A DNA stretch of 63,990 bases, counting the filler, from Octopus bimaculoides (lineage: Eukaryota): the NCBI RefSeq assembly GCF_001194135.2. It is 6 parts of 5 records of this genome, joined end to end, with 100 filler letters (N's around TTAATTAATTAA, not from the genome) between each part and the next. Parts side by side here need not be neighbours in the genome. Positions count along the whole stretch, not along the records: positions 5,069 to 34,705 come from NC_068988.1; positions 34,806 to 40,832 come from NC_069004.1; 4 more parts are not named here. One strand, 5' to 3'. The translations under genes were made by a program, and so were the position numbers. Positions 24,732-38,172 of this stretch are shown piece by piece (the first letter of the stretch is position 1; each line of letters begins with the position of its first letter). The notes beneath the pieces were generated by a model. It was not told the DNA's origin, did no database searches, and was given only the letters and a program-made list of their open reading frames with translations.

Positions 24732-26185
24732 CATATATANNNNNNNNNNNNNNNNNNNNNNNNNNNNNNNNNNNNNNNNNNNNNNNNNNNNNNNNNNNNN
24801 NNNNNNNNNNNNNNNNNNNNNNNNNNNNNNNNNNNNNNNNNNNNNNNNNNNNNNNNNNNNNNNNNNNNNNNNNNNNNNNNNNNNNNNNNNNNNNNNNNNN
24901 NNNNNNNNNNNNNNNNNNNNNNNNNNNNNNNNNNNNNNNNNNNNNNNNNNNNNNNNNNNNNNNNNNNNNNNNNNNNNNNNNNNNNNNNNNNNNNNNNNNN
25001 NNNNNNNNNNNNNNNNNNNNNNNNNNNNNNNNNNNNNNNNNNNNNNNNNNNNNNNNNNNNNNNNNNNNNNNNNNNNNNNNNNNNNNNNNNNNNNNNNNNN
25101 NNNNNNNNNNNNNNNNNNNNNNNNNNNNNNNNNNNNNNNNNNNNNNNNNNNNNNNNNNNNNNNNNNNNNNNNNNNNNNNNNNNNNNNNNNNNNNNNNNNN
25201 NNNNNNNNNNNNNNNNNNNNNNNNNNNNNNNNNNNNNNNNNNNNNNNNNNNNNNNNNNNNNNNNNNNNNNNNNNNNNNNNNNNNNNNNNNNNNNNNNNNN
25301 NNNNNNNNNNNNNNNNNNNNNNNNNNNNNNNNNNNNNNNNNNNNNNNNNNNNNNNNNNNNNNNNNNNNNNNNNNNNNNNNNNNNNNNNNNNNNNNNNNNN
25401 NNNNNNNNNNNNNNNNNNNNNNNNNNNNNNNNNNNNNNNNNNNNNNNNNNNNNNNNNNNNNNNNNNNNNNNNNNNNNNNNNNNNNNNNNNNNNNNNNNNN
25501 NNNNNNNNNNNNNNNNNNNNNNNNNNNNNNNNNNNNNNNNNNNNNNNNNNNNNNNNNNNNNNNNNNNNNNNNNNNNNNNNNNNAAGTCCAGTCGAAAGGC
25601 CGGGATTCGTGTGAGCGTGTGCTATATAGTGAGTTCAAAAAAGAAAAACGAAACCCACGTGCGATCCACAGAGCAAACCGCATGCATATACACACACACG
25701 TAAGCACACATATATATACACATACACACACGTGCACACAGATACAGGCACACGCTGCAAGAAAAACACAATCATACAACATACTCATACACGCACACAA
25801 ACATACTTAAAAATTGCTTGCTCACTTTCTACTGACCATCGTCCACAACCACTCCCAAATTATTCCTGCTACTAATTCCTTCCACAACATTAAGCGACAC
25901 ACACACGCACACACACACACACAACTAACAGATAAACAGCCAAACCACACACACGCACACATATGCACATACACGTTCTGTTATTACACACACACACACA
26001 CACATGGACTCACGCACACATACATACCTCCCTCTCTTGCACTCTCCAGTCTTTGTAAACCTAGTTCTTATTCCATCAGTTCTTTTGCTGTACCACTAAG
26101 CTATGGAGACAAACATACCAACATCAGTTGTCAAGTGATGTTGGGGAACAAACACAGACACACAAATATATACATATATATATGT

Positions 26186-29100
26186 CATCATCATCATCAT
26201 TATAGTGCTTTTTATGCACCATTGACAACGTTCAGAAGGTACTTTTTACATGCCACCTGCACAGGAAGCCAGTTAGGCAGAACTGGCATCAACCCATGCT
26301 TGAATGGTGCTTACTACATGCCACCGGCACGGGTGCTAGTCAGATGGCACTGGGTGTTGGCCTCAACTACCATTTCCATTTTGATTTCCATCTTGATTTG
26401 CTTTTGATTTTTGATTTTACTTAACTGAATATATCTTCTCAAGTGCATCATATCACCCGATGATTCAAGAGTGCTTTTTTAAGTGGGTTGGTTATGCGAC
26501 ACTGGTATAGGTTATTGCCAAGGTCTCACTTTAGTTGCTGGGTCTTCTCAGTCACAGTATATCTCCAAAGGTCTCTGTCTCTTGTCATTGCTTCTGTGAG
26601 GACTAACATTCAAAGGTCATGCTTAACCACCTCATCCCATGTCTTCCTGTGTCTCCCTCTTCAAGGGTTTCTTTCCACTGTTAGGGTGTGACCCTTCTTC
26701 ACACAATTCTTCACATCCATACGCAGAACATGACCATGTCAGCACAGTCGTCTCTTGTACACCACATTTGATGCTTCTTATGTCCAACATTTCTCTTGGG
26801 GCGTTTACACTCTGTCATGTGTACACATTGACATTATACATCCAGCGGATCATACTAGCTTTATTTATTTCAAGCCTACGTATGTCCTCAACAGTCATGG
26901 CCCATGTTTCACTACTGTGTAGCATGGCTGTTTACACACATGCATCATACAGTTTACCTTTCACTCTGAGTGAGAGAGGCCCATTGTTACCAATAGAGGT
27001 AAGAGCTTTCTGAACTTTGCCAAGGCTATTTTCATTCTAGTGGCAATGCTCTCAGAACATCCACCCCCACTACAGACTTGGTCACCTAGGTAGCAGAAGC
27101 TATCAACTACTTCTAGTTTCTCCCCTTAGCATGTGATGGAATCTTTCTGAACATTTTTGGTGTTTATTGCCCCTGTGCATCTGCCACATACAAAAGCTAT
27201 CATCCTGGTTAACCTTCCTTTGATATTGCTCAGATCGAGCAGGGCCATCTACCTGAAGGGGTTTGTGATTTGTCCGCCTTCCTACTTACTAGGACTTTGG
27301 TTTTTGCTACATTGACTCTAAGGCCTTTTGATCCTAGACCTTGCTTCCACACCTGACATTTCTTCTCTAGTTCTGGGAGTGATTCAGCTATGAGAGCAAG
27401 GTCATCAGCATAGAGGAGCTCCCAGGGGCAGCCTGTCTTGAATTCCTCTGTTATTACCTGGAGGACTATGATGAATAAGAGGGGACTGAGGACTGAGGAC
27501 TGATCCTTGGTGAGCCTCTACTTCTACCCGGAATTCTTCACTATACTTGTTGCTGACCCTCACCTTACTCACAGCATCCCTGTACAAGGCCTGTACTGCT
27601 CTTACTAACCATTCGTCTATCCCTAGTTTCCACATTGCCCACCAAATAAGGGATCGGGGAACCCTGTTAAAAGCTTTCTCCAAATCAACAAAAGCCAAGT
27701 ACAGAGGATTATCTTTGGCTAGGTATTTCTCCTGCAGTTGCCTTACCAGAAATATAGCATCAATGATGCTTCTACCTGGCACAAAATCAAACTGCATCTC
27801 ATCTAGGCTAACTCTCTCCCTTGGGCTATGTCCCTCTCCGTGACTTTCATCACCTGATCCAGCAATTTGATACCCCTGTAGTTATTTCTGTCAAAAACAT
27901 CACCTTTTACTTTGTGGCAGTTGACTATGGTGCTGCTACACCAGTCATTAGGTATGACTCCTTCATAAACTATCTGATTTACAATATGGGTCACTACACT
28001 ATTACCCACACTGCCAGATATTTTAAGCATCTCAGCAGTGATTCCTGATGGGTCAGAGGCTTTCTCTGACTTCATATTCTTAATTGCTTTATCCACCAGG
28101 GTGCTATCAGTTTGGGTAGCTGGTCCCTCAACTTGGTCAGCATTTGGCAGGTTCTCCTTCTCCCCATTCATTTTCTACATTCAGCAGTCTTTCATCATGG
28201 CGTCTCCAAGCCTCTTTATTTGTAGAATCATTAAATGCAAGTGCACCATCATCTATGTGGACACATTTCTCTCCTGTGACATTACAATTCTCTCTCACAC
28301 ACTGTCTGGCAATCCGAAATACTTCAGTTCTTTGGTCCTCACCTCACTGAACATTGGCAAACTTTTTTTCTGCTTCTCCCTTAGTGATATATACTTATCT
28401 CCTAGCATCCCTTCTGACTATCTGGTACAGTTCCCTGCTACCCCCACTCTTCCACCACCACGTGATCCTAGGTCTGGAAGGGACTTAGCACCAGCTACAG
28501 ATTTGGTCTGTGGTGCTCAGTAAGCTATCATGCAGGAATTTCCAGTTACCTCAATGTCACAAGTCTGTAGCTCTTCCTCCCTCTCATCAAATTTCTCAAC
28601 GAGGATGTCCCTAAATCTCTGACCATGTGAAAGGTTCTTAAGCTTCCAAATCCTTCTTTTCTGGATTGATCTGCTTCTTGATATCCTTCTGACTTGAGTC
28701 TATAGTCACTGATGACTAGTCTAAACTGTCTGGTGAGGATGAAATCAATCTGGCTAGCAGAGTCGCCTGATTGATAGGTTATCAAGTGGCTGTCTGGCTT
28801 CCTGAAGTTGATGTTGGAGATTAATAGGTCACTTGCATCACTGAACTCCAGTAGCCTAGTTCCCTCATCGTTTTGGGAACCAATTCCACGGCCTTCATGA
28901 CCACCATGGAAGATTCCAGATTGCTGTCCAATATGCCCATTAAAATCTCCAGCCACAAAAGATGAGGTCATTGCCACTCGTCTTTGAGGTAGCCTGTAGG
29001 AGATTATCATAAAAGTGGTCCTTCTGATCATTTCGTAGGCCTGCTTGTGGAACGTAGGCAGAGATAATTGTAGCCATACTATTCTGCAAGACTAGCCTAA

Positions 29101-29400
29101 GTCTATGCACTCTATCGCACACCCTCACTACCTCTATGACCATATCCACCCATTTCTTACCTTCCCAGAAGATTTTGTACCGATGTGCCTTGCCTGTGAG
29201 GACCCTGGCTGAAGCTCCTCTCCACCTTACCTTGTGTATGCAGCATACATCAACACGTCTCCGTTCAAGCATCTCTACAATCTCACTAGACCTACCTTCA
29301 ATGTGCCTACATTGATAGTGCCAATTCTAAAACTGGGAAAGGGATGCCGGAGGAATCCTAGGAAAGGGAGATGTTGTTCAGCGCCTGAAAAGGTTTCCTT
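26186..29400 (-). mobile_element. Near full-length decayed RTE-clade LINE (APE endonuclease, RT, Cys-rich region, 3' UTR with (GAT)n tail)
   Basis: Minus-strand fragments read MLERRRVDVCCIHKVRWRGAS and VAGDFNGHIG (APE), YRGIKLLDQVMKVTER, QFDFVPGRSIIDAIFLVRQLQEKY...FVDLEKAFNRVPR...HQGSVLSP (RT), then RKTWDEVVKHDL. Multiple stops and frameshifts. Confidence 0.92.
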
Positions 29401-30035
29401 GTTCGTTTGATAGACAGGCTAAACCTGTTCTCACTTTTGACCTGTCATCATTCAAAACATTCAAGCATGTTAAGATTGTTGCCCCTACTGGGGGTAAAAG
29501 TAAGCGTTAGCGACATTGTAAGTATAAGCATTATGAGCGTTGTAAATATAAGCATTATTGGTGCTGTAGATATAAATAGAAATAAATAAAAGTAAATATC
29601 AATATCAATATGCCAACGTTAGGTGGGTTACTAAACTGATTGTGTTAGTCCTGGGGGGGGAGAGAGAGAAGGGAGGAGAGACTGCAAGTATGATAGAGGA
29701 GACCACCAGTGTGGGAGGGGGGTTCTGGTGAGAGAAACGAGATATCTGGTATTGGTGGTGGGGTCGGGAATGGGCAGGCACATCACGAACAAGAAAGGAT
29801 TATTTAAGAGATAATACAAAAAATAGTTTGCCAACATGAAAACACAGAGAAAATCAAAAGCAAGGATTAGGAGATAGTATGAAAAAATATGAAGGGCTTC
29901 TTTCAGTTTCCTTCTATTAAATCTACTCACAAAGCTTTTGTCGACCTGAGGCTATAGTAGAAGACACTTGCCCATGGTGCCATGCAGTGGGACTGAACCC
30001 GGAACCATGTGCTTAAGAAGCCAGCTTCTTACCAT

Positions 30036-30066
<31 letters not shown>

Positions 30067-30194
30067 GTTATTTGGTTTTATGCTATGTATGTTATAAGAT
30101 GTTTCAAACTCAATGTTTAGATTGAAATTTGATGCCTAAACCTATTTTACATTGTGTGTGTGAATGTGTTTGTGTTCATATATATATATATATA

Positions 30195-30418
30195 CTCTTT
30201 ACTTTTTTACTCTTTTACTTGTTTCAATCATTTGACTGCGGCCATGCTGGGACACCGACTTTAGTCGAGCAAGTCGACTCCAGGACTTATTCTTTGTAAG
30301 CCTAGTACTTATTCTATCGGAATCTTTTTGGCGAACCGCTAAGTTACGGGGACGTAAACACACCAGCATCAGTTTTCAAGCAATGGTGGGGGGGACAAAC
30401 ACAGACACAGAAACACAC

Positions 30419-30469
<51 letters not shown>

Positions 30470-30636
30470 TACGACGGGCTTCTTTCAGTTTCCATCTACC
30501 AAATCCACTCACAAGGCTTTGGTCGGCCCGAGGCTATAGTAGAAGACATTTGCCCAAGGTGCCACGCAATGGGACTGAACCCGGGACCATGTGGTTGATA
30601 AGCAAGCTACTTACCACACAGCAACTCCTGCGCCTT
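30195..30636 (-). mobile_element. tRNA-derived SINE family B with CORE-like segment and internal microsatellite
   Basis: Minus strand: aggcgcaggagttgctgtgtggtaag (A box)...gggttcagtccc (B box)...tggcaccttgggcaaatgtcttc (CORE-like)...catggccgcagtcaaatgattgaaacaagtaaaag. Confidence 0.88.
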
Positions 30637-31479
30637 AGTTATATATATATATGCACAGAGAGAGAAAGACAGAGAGAGGTGTATGTATTTGTCTGTACAT
30701 AAGTTTATGCCTGTATTTGTTTACTTCTGCAATCATTTATATGGAAGGGCAGCATACAATATTGTTGTCAATTTCTCCAGTCAACAAATCATCCAGACAA
30801 TTCATGTGGAATAAGTGATCCCTTATTTGAAGAACAGGCAGGTTTTAATATCAGGAATGCTGTCCAGCCATAAAACTATGTCTCAAGTAACAACCTACAC
30901 AAGCATGTGAAAATGGTCATAAAAATGAATGACATGTATGTATCTGTCTGTTTGTCTGTCTGTCTGCCTGTCTGTCTGTCTGTCTGTCTATCTATCTCTC
31001 TGTTTCTTTCTCTCTCTCTCCCTCTCTCTCTTTTTTCTCTCTCTCTCCCTCTCTCTCTTTCTGTCTCTCTCTCCCTCTCTCTCTTTCTGTCTCTCTCTCT
31101 CTGTCTCTCTGTCTCTCTCTCTCCCTCTCTCTCTATGTGTGTATGGTAAGAAGCTTGCTTCTCAAGCACAGGGTTCTAGGTTCAGTCCCATTATAGACAG
31201 TTTCTTTATACTAGTTCAAATAAATCTTGACAAGTTTTATGACTATACCCACTATGATTCTGTCAACTCCCTCAGGCCCTTTCCTAACAGACAATGTTCT
31301 TTGGTCTTAGATTTTGATATACAAAGATTTGATAAAGAAGACTATAAATTAAAACCCTGACCCAAAAGTCAGTGACAAGCTAGATCTCTAACAATTTTTT
31401 TTTTCCTGTTGTCCTAGTAGCTTCTAAACTGAAGTGAAAACAGCATGGACTTTGTCTTTCTTCTTACCTCTCTCTCTAT

Positions 31480-31511
<32 letters not shown>

Positions 31512-31898
31512 CAGTTAATACCAAGTCAGTTGGCGACTTTTATGTAGTAAAACACACAAAAAATAAGCGAAGCACAAGCATACAACTAAGTTGAAGGCAG
31601 ATCTATTTCTGCCTTTATAGCACGTACAAAAAACGGTGTTGTAGAAATGTACGCAGTATATATACTACAGCAGTACTATGTGTAGCTTAAATACTGAGAT
31701 TAAAAAGCAGGGGCAAATTATTCCTACCTAATCTACAAAAAAATAAAACATTTTGCTTTTTATGCATAGCAATCAGACTAACCTTCATAATTTTATTGAA
31801 TTATGTGCATATTTTGCCATGAGAGAAAAATGTTGCTACCAATCTATTTTTTCAAGGTAGGCACTGCCTACCTTGCCTACCTAGGCAGCACATCCCTG

Positions 31899-31983
<85 letters not shown>

Positions 31984-32371
31984 CTGATAAGTCAGCATGT
32001 AGNNNNNNNNNNNNNNNNNNNNNNNNNNNNNNNNNNNNNNNNNNNNNNNNNNNNNNNNNNNNNNNNNNNNNNNNNNNNNNNNNNNNNNNNNNNNNNNNNN
32101 NNNNNNNNNNNNNNNNNNNNNNNNNNNNNNNNNNNNNNNNNNNNNNNNNNNNNNNNNNNNNNNNNNNNNNNNNNNNNNNNNNNNNNNNNNNNNNNNNNNN
32201 NNNNNNNNNNNNNNNNNNNNNNNNNNNNNNNNNNNNNNNNNNNNNNNNNNNNNNNNNNNNNNNNNNNNNNNNNNNNNNNNNNNNNNNNNNNNNNNNNNNN
32301 NNNNNNNNNNNNNNNNNNNNNNNNNNNNNNNNNNNNNNNNNNNNNNNNNNNNNNNNNNNNNNNNNATGTGC

Positions 32372-32402
<31 letters not shown>

Positions 32403-32479
32403 TGTGTGTATGTGTGTGTGTATGGCTCAAAAGCTGTGTAGAGTTATTACCTTTCATTGAGTGACATGTTATATATAAC

Positions 32480-34060
32480 CGCTTTTCAGACGCTGGTTCT
32501 CACATCCTTAGACATTCAGTTGTATTCAAGGAAAGACCACAACTTCTAAAACCTTTACAAGGAGAGCCTGTTATTATGCATCTAGATGGATCTAAAGGGG
32601 CATACCTCAAAGAAATAAAAGAAAAATGGTGTCTCCAAAAGCAAAAGGCATGAATAAAGACCTATGATATCAATGGCTGAACTGGCAGAAGACAAAGTCA
32701 GACTGGTTAAGATACAGCTCAAGCTACACCTGGGCTGATAGCATTCCTTAGTAGTTTCATTGCTTGATCCTACATATCACATTTCACATGTGCTGCAGGG
32801 GATGTCTTTGAGACAATATTGCATGGGTGACTTCCTGGTACGTCAGTTTTCACCTGAATTGAAACCACTCCACCAGTATTTCTCCACTGATTTTCTTTTC
32901 TTGGTTTTCATTTTCTTTTTATAAACTCCAACAGTGATGGAACAAGGATGACAGGGGCAGTTTTGGTGAAACAAGGAGCTCCTAATCTGGACCAGCATGT
33001 TTTTGGCCGAAGTGTGATGATTGCCTTTCTCAACCCCGTAGCCACTCAAATATCCACATCTCATAAAACTTTATTAGGAATATCACTACCCACTTCAGAT
33101 AGAAAAGGTTCTGCAAAATGTGGGATAAGCATAGGAAGCTAGTTCAAACCTGACTGGGAAAAGACATCCTTGTGGTTACCTTGTATGTGATCAAAATAAA
33201 AATAAATATCTCAGTCGCCCTACTGTTATGTCTGTCAGAACATAGAATGTCTAAATCTTGCTCAACTTAAAAGAAAATGACAGCCAAACTGAAAAAAGAA
33301 CAGCTCTCTTGGCTCAAGAGCTGGCTAGACTGAACGTTGATGTTGCTGCTTTGAATATATGATGAGACTGCCAAGAGAAAGAATAATTGAAGAAATCAGT
33401 TCAGGTTGCACCATCTTTTGGAAAGCAAAGGAATGAGAATATAATTTACTTGGAAATAGTTTTGATGTAAAAGAAGGCTGGTGAGGGACTATCAACTCAC
33501 TCCAACTGCCATCAATGAAAGATTTATAACTCTTTGTGTCTCATCTCTGGAGATAGCTTCATCACTTTCACATGCTCTCAACATTCATGAAGATATCGAT
33601 CAGTTTTACAAGTAACTAAACATTTCTCTTTCTAAAGTGCTGCCTAAAGACAAGCTCATCTTGCTTGGTGATTTCAATACCACAGTAGTAAAGAATTACT
33701 TCCTGCAGAAAAAATGTTAAGGGGAAACATGCCATCAGAATTTGCAACCAAAAGAGACAATAAATTCTTGGACTCAGCACAGAGCATGGACTCTTCATTA
33801 CAACACTCAATTCTAGCTCCAAAATCGATTTATAACTATGTAGATGCATTTACCCATACTGGACACACACCATTACTAAGCATTCACACATACTAGACTA
33901 CATCATTACTGAGCAATATGATAAGAAAGACATCATTATCACCGAGGCAGCAAGAAAGACACATGATTATTGGATGGACTACAAAGCCTTCATCAGCTGA
34001 CTCAGAATTTCTGTCTTCTTAAGGTATACTCTTCAAGAGTCTGCCAAGAAGAAAGTTCAA
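32480..34060 (+). mobile_element. RTE/BovB-like LINE 5' UTR plus APE endonuclease remnant
   Basis: KRTALLAQELARLNVDVAALN, GCTIFWK, DKLILLGDFNT, then a segment resembling H.LDYII; many stops. Confidence 0.78.
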
Positions 34061-34159
34061 TACATTAAAACCAAGCCAAGAATTACATCAAAGGTTGGCA
34101 GACAAAGAGCTCCACTAACATTAAGAACACCAATGAAGTGCACAACTATTCTTTTAATT

Positions 34160-34380
34160 ATTTTAGTCATTTGGCTGGGCCATGCTGGAACACAGTCTTA
34201 AAGGGTTTTTTAGTCAAAGAAAATGGCCCCAGGACTTGTTCTTTGTAAGCCTGGTACTTATTTTATTGGCCTCCTTTGATGAACTGGTAAGTTACAAGGA
34301 TGTAAACACATCAACATCAGTTGTGAAGCGATGGGGGTGGAGACAAACACAGAAACAAAGACACACACATAAATATATAC
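34160..34380 (-). mobile_element. SINE family B tail; further partial copies at about 7625, 8700, 24190, 26040, 29920, 31140, 34830, 38440, 44680, 62500, 63035
   Basis: Shared tail gtcatttggctg.gccatgctggaacac and/or the gtagaagacacttgcccaagg segment. Confidence 0.75.
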
Positions 34381-36253
34381 TTATATATATATATCATCAT
34401 CATCATCATCATCGTTTAACGTCCGCTTTCCATGCTAGCATGGGTTGGACGATTTGACTGAGGACTGGTGAAACCGGATGGCAACACCAGGCTCCAATCT
34501 AATTTGGCAGAGTTTCTACAGCTGGATGCCCTTCCTAACGCCAACCACTCAGATAGTGTAGTGGGTGCTTTTACGTGTCACCCGCACGAAAACGGCCACG
34601 CTCGAAATGGTGTCTTTTATGTGCCACCCGCACAAGAGCCAGTCCAGGGGCACTGGCAATGATCTCGCTCGAAAATCCTACGGGAGCCAGTCAGGCGGTA
34701 CTGGCNNNNNNNNNNNNNNNNNNNNNNNNNNNNNNNNNNNNNNNNNNNNTTAATTAATTAANNNNNNNNNNNNNNNNNNNNNNNNNNNNNNNNNNNNNNN
34801 NNNNNCCCGTTTTTATTACGTCTATAGATGTATCTTTATCTTTTACTAGTTTCAAACACTGGGCTGCGGTCATCCTGGGGCACCACCATGAAGGGTTTTG
34901 GTCATAGAAATCGACCTCAGTACTTATTTTTGTAAAGTTTGGTACTTATGCCATCGCTGTCTTTTTGACGAACCACTAGGCTACGGGAGCGTAAACAACC
35001 TTACACCGGTTATCAAGCGGTGGTGAGGGACAAACAGACACAAAAACCATACACTTACAAAGCAAATCCACTCACAAGGCTGGGTAGAGTGATCAGAGTA
35101 GAACTCACTGATCCAAGGTGTCATGTGCTGGAATTGAAACCGAAAACACATAGTTGCAAAGTGAGCTTCTTCAGCTCACAGCTATGCCTGCACCCATTAT
35201 CTTTCTTATTTTCAAAATAAAAAAAACATCCTTCTTTTCATTTTATTTCTTTCCCTTTCACGGTTTCATTTTCTCTTCTTTTTTTTTTGTTGTTGTTGTG
35301 ATTTTATCCTTTCTTGCAGTTTCTCTTTCTTTTTCTGTATCTCTGCTTTTCTTTTTATTTCTCTCTCCCTTCAACACTATTCTCTTCGTTTCCACATTCT
35401 TTCTTTTCTCATTCTAAAATATTCTTTCTATCTCCTGTCTCTTGTGATCTCCTCTTACATTCTCATTTACTTAAGCGGCCCTCGCACTTGCCGTACTTTG
35501 CTCTATCCATTATAAACATCACCTAATATATATATATCCGAATAATAGGGTGTCCTCACTTTTACGGTCCTAAATTCAAAATCAACCTTTTTTTTTACTG
35601 TACCACCATGGTCCTGAATTGTTCTATAGCAGGACTTCCACGCGCAAAAATGAGTATTGTTGGCTCAAACGAGATACTAAATACTGCTGCATATATGCCG
35701 AGAAGACTGGAAAGATTTTGATGAAGTATACGTTCCGAAATAAGATATTCATTGTGTTGAACGGTGCACAAAACATCGTTTGAATTCGTAAACAGTTGTG
35801 GCATGCGAACGGTTTGGAAAGCCTTCCTGACCAATGTCTAGTTAATTGATTCTTATTTGGCTTGCATTATAATAATTTACTACACACGCGGAAATGGCAT
35901 TTTAGTTGTAAAACTTTGCAGGACCCCTGCTTTCTCTAGTTAAATTCAGGATCGTAAAAGTAAGGATACTCATCGAAACTATATATATATACAATCCTAC
36001 AATTTACATTTAATTGATGACGACAGAGGTAATGTATTTCGTTCATACAGAAAAAAATATAATTACGAGAATTATCTGCAGTTATTTTTTTTTAAAATTC
36101 TGTAGCAATCAGATCCTTATATCCAAGATTAGTGCTTAAATGTGATTAATGATTGTTTTCCTTATGATTTATCGGGGCAGAATTCTCCTTTAAGCATCCC
36201 ATATAACACGCTCATAAGTTTTTTATTTTTTGGAAATTTTCGGAAGCATTGTG

Positions 36254-36567
36254 AATTTGTGTTCTACACACGGGAATTCATATGACTATGAAAAAATCTT
36301 GTTTTTTTAATTTTTCGAAATTAAAAAAAAAAATTAACCATAATTATAGACAGTCTGATTTTTGGGGGCTTAAATTGCGGCAATAGACCATTAAATGTGT
36401 TTATGGGGCGCAAGATATCAATACGTCAGACTGACAAACAAACGAGGACGGTATGAGGTGGTCGTGAGATGTGCTAAAAATAACAGCTAAATATCCCCTT
36501 CAATCACAAAAATATTGTTGGGTGGGGTTACATAGTTGCATGAATTCCCGTGTGTAGAACACAAATT
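36254..36567. repeat. 28-bp perfect inverted repeat with about 260-bp spacer
   Basis: aatttgtgttctacacacgggaattcat (36254-36281) and its reverse complement (36540-36567). Confidence 0.85.
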
Positions 36568-38014
36568 TGGGAAAATTTCTTTGCGTTTCATCGTTTCAAG
36601 ATCAATAAATTAAGTACCAGTGAAATACTGAGGTCGATGTAATCGACTAGCCCCCCCCCCTCCCCAATTTCAGGCCTTGTGCCTATAGTAGAAAGGATTA
36701 TTTAATAATAATTCTAGCAGATCTTTTAGCACAGTGGACGACAAAAAGGTTTAGCAACATATCTTCTTGCTTTACATTCNNNNNNNNNNNNNNNNNNNNN
36801 NNNNNNNNNNNNNNNNNNNNNNNNNNNNNNNNNNNNNNNNNNNNNNNNNNNNNNNNNNNNNNNNNNNNNNNNNNNNNNNNNNNNNNNNNNNNNNNNNNNN
36901 NNNNNNNNNNNNNNNNNNNNNNNNNNNNNNNNNNNNNNNNNNNNNNNNNNNNNNNNNNNNNNNNNNNNNNNNNNNNNNNNNNNNNNNNNNNNNNNNNNNN
37001 NNNNNNNNNNNNNNNNNNNNNNNNNNNNNNNNNNNNNNNNNNNNNNNNNNNNNNNNNNNNNNNNNNNNNNNNNNNNNNNNNNNNNNNNNNNNNNNNNNNN
37101 NNNNNNNNNNNNNNNNNNNNNNNNNNNNNNNNNNNNNNNNNNNNNNNNNNNNNNNNNNNNNNNNNNNNNNNNNNNNNNNNNNNNNNNNNNNNNNNNNNNN
37201 NNNNNNNNNNNNNNNNNNNNNNNNNNNNNNNNNNNNNNNNNNNNNNNNNNNNNNNNNNNNNNNNNNNNNNNNNNNNNNNNNNNNNNNNNNNNNNNNNNNN
37301 NNNNNNNNNNNNNNNNNNNNNNNNNNNNNNNNNNGGGGAAAGAGCTGTAATCTCATTCACTTGGAAATGGAGATAAGCTCAAGCCTCCTTGGGCCCATGA
37401 CAAATTTAAGTTATTTTTGTATGTCATTTTTTCTTCCTCCACTGTTGCTTGAAGGCGTTGCAGTTTTCAAGAAATACCCCTCCTCCTGGATAGGATGCTA
37501 GTCTATTGCAAGTTTTGGCCGTGAGTGTAAATAAAACATTTTATCAATCATGCTGCAAGCAGTACCATAATTTCACCCCCCCCCCCCAAAACCACTATTA
37601 GCAGCTGCTCACCTATTGAGCAACAAATGTGGCAAGGGAGATAATTCTGTCTTGGTGACTGAAAGTAATTCCTTATCCATGTTTCTCACATAACATCCAC
37701 TTAACTCACCAACAATCATTTCACTCTCTCACTGTTGTGAATATAAAATCTTTGATTTACATTTTCCAAAATTTTCCAAAAATTCAGGAAATAAATTACT
37801 GCACACTGTAACGTGGTTAGCGTTTGGAAGGGTATCCAAATGTAAAAATAGTGCCAAAACGATCGTTTACAAAATCCTCATGCCGTAACCCCTATATACT
37901 AATAGGTTATAGAGCACTCACTTATTCATTTGGTTCTGTTATTAACTTCATATTTTCAGTGAGTCCTCCTTTGTAGGAAGGGATTAATTGTATATCATTA
38001 ATTTTATCTTACAG

Positions 38015-38172
38015 GATTATCTTTGTGTTCCACAAAAACAACAATGCTTATTTCAAAGCTAAAGTACGTCCCCCAAGGCTTGACGGTCGACGTATTGGTC
38101 TTTTTGCTACAAGAGCACCATACAGGCCTAACCCGATTGGACTTACACTTGCAAAAATAGAGAAGATTTCTG
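38015..38172 (+). CDS. TRMO: TRMO internal exon (TsaA/TrmO SAM-binding beta-barrel domain)
   Basis: Acceptor ttttatcttacag|G, donor TCTG|gtaaaa, 158 nt, phase 2 to 1. Translates (W)IIFVFHKNNNAYFKAKVRPPRLDGRRIGLFATRAPYRPNPIGLTLAKIEKIS(G). This carries the TsaA-family motif PPRLxG..G.F.TR.P.RPN.IGL, and both intron positions match my recollection of vertebrate TRMO (VW|IL and KVE|G). Confidence 0.93.

Noticed and set aside
32490-32653. 54-codon open frame after ttttcag with AATAAA at the stop
   Set aside because: Lies at the start of the presumed 5' UTR of the LINE whose APE begins near 33170; no family recognised.
35545-35834. 79-aa minus ORF and Tc1/mariner-like end (tagggtgtcc)
   Set aside because: No transposase or cellular motif recognised and no partner TIR found.
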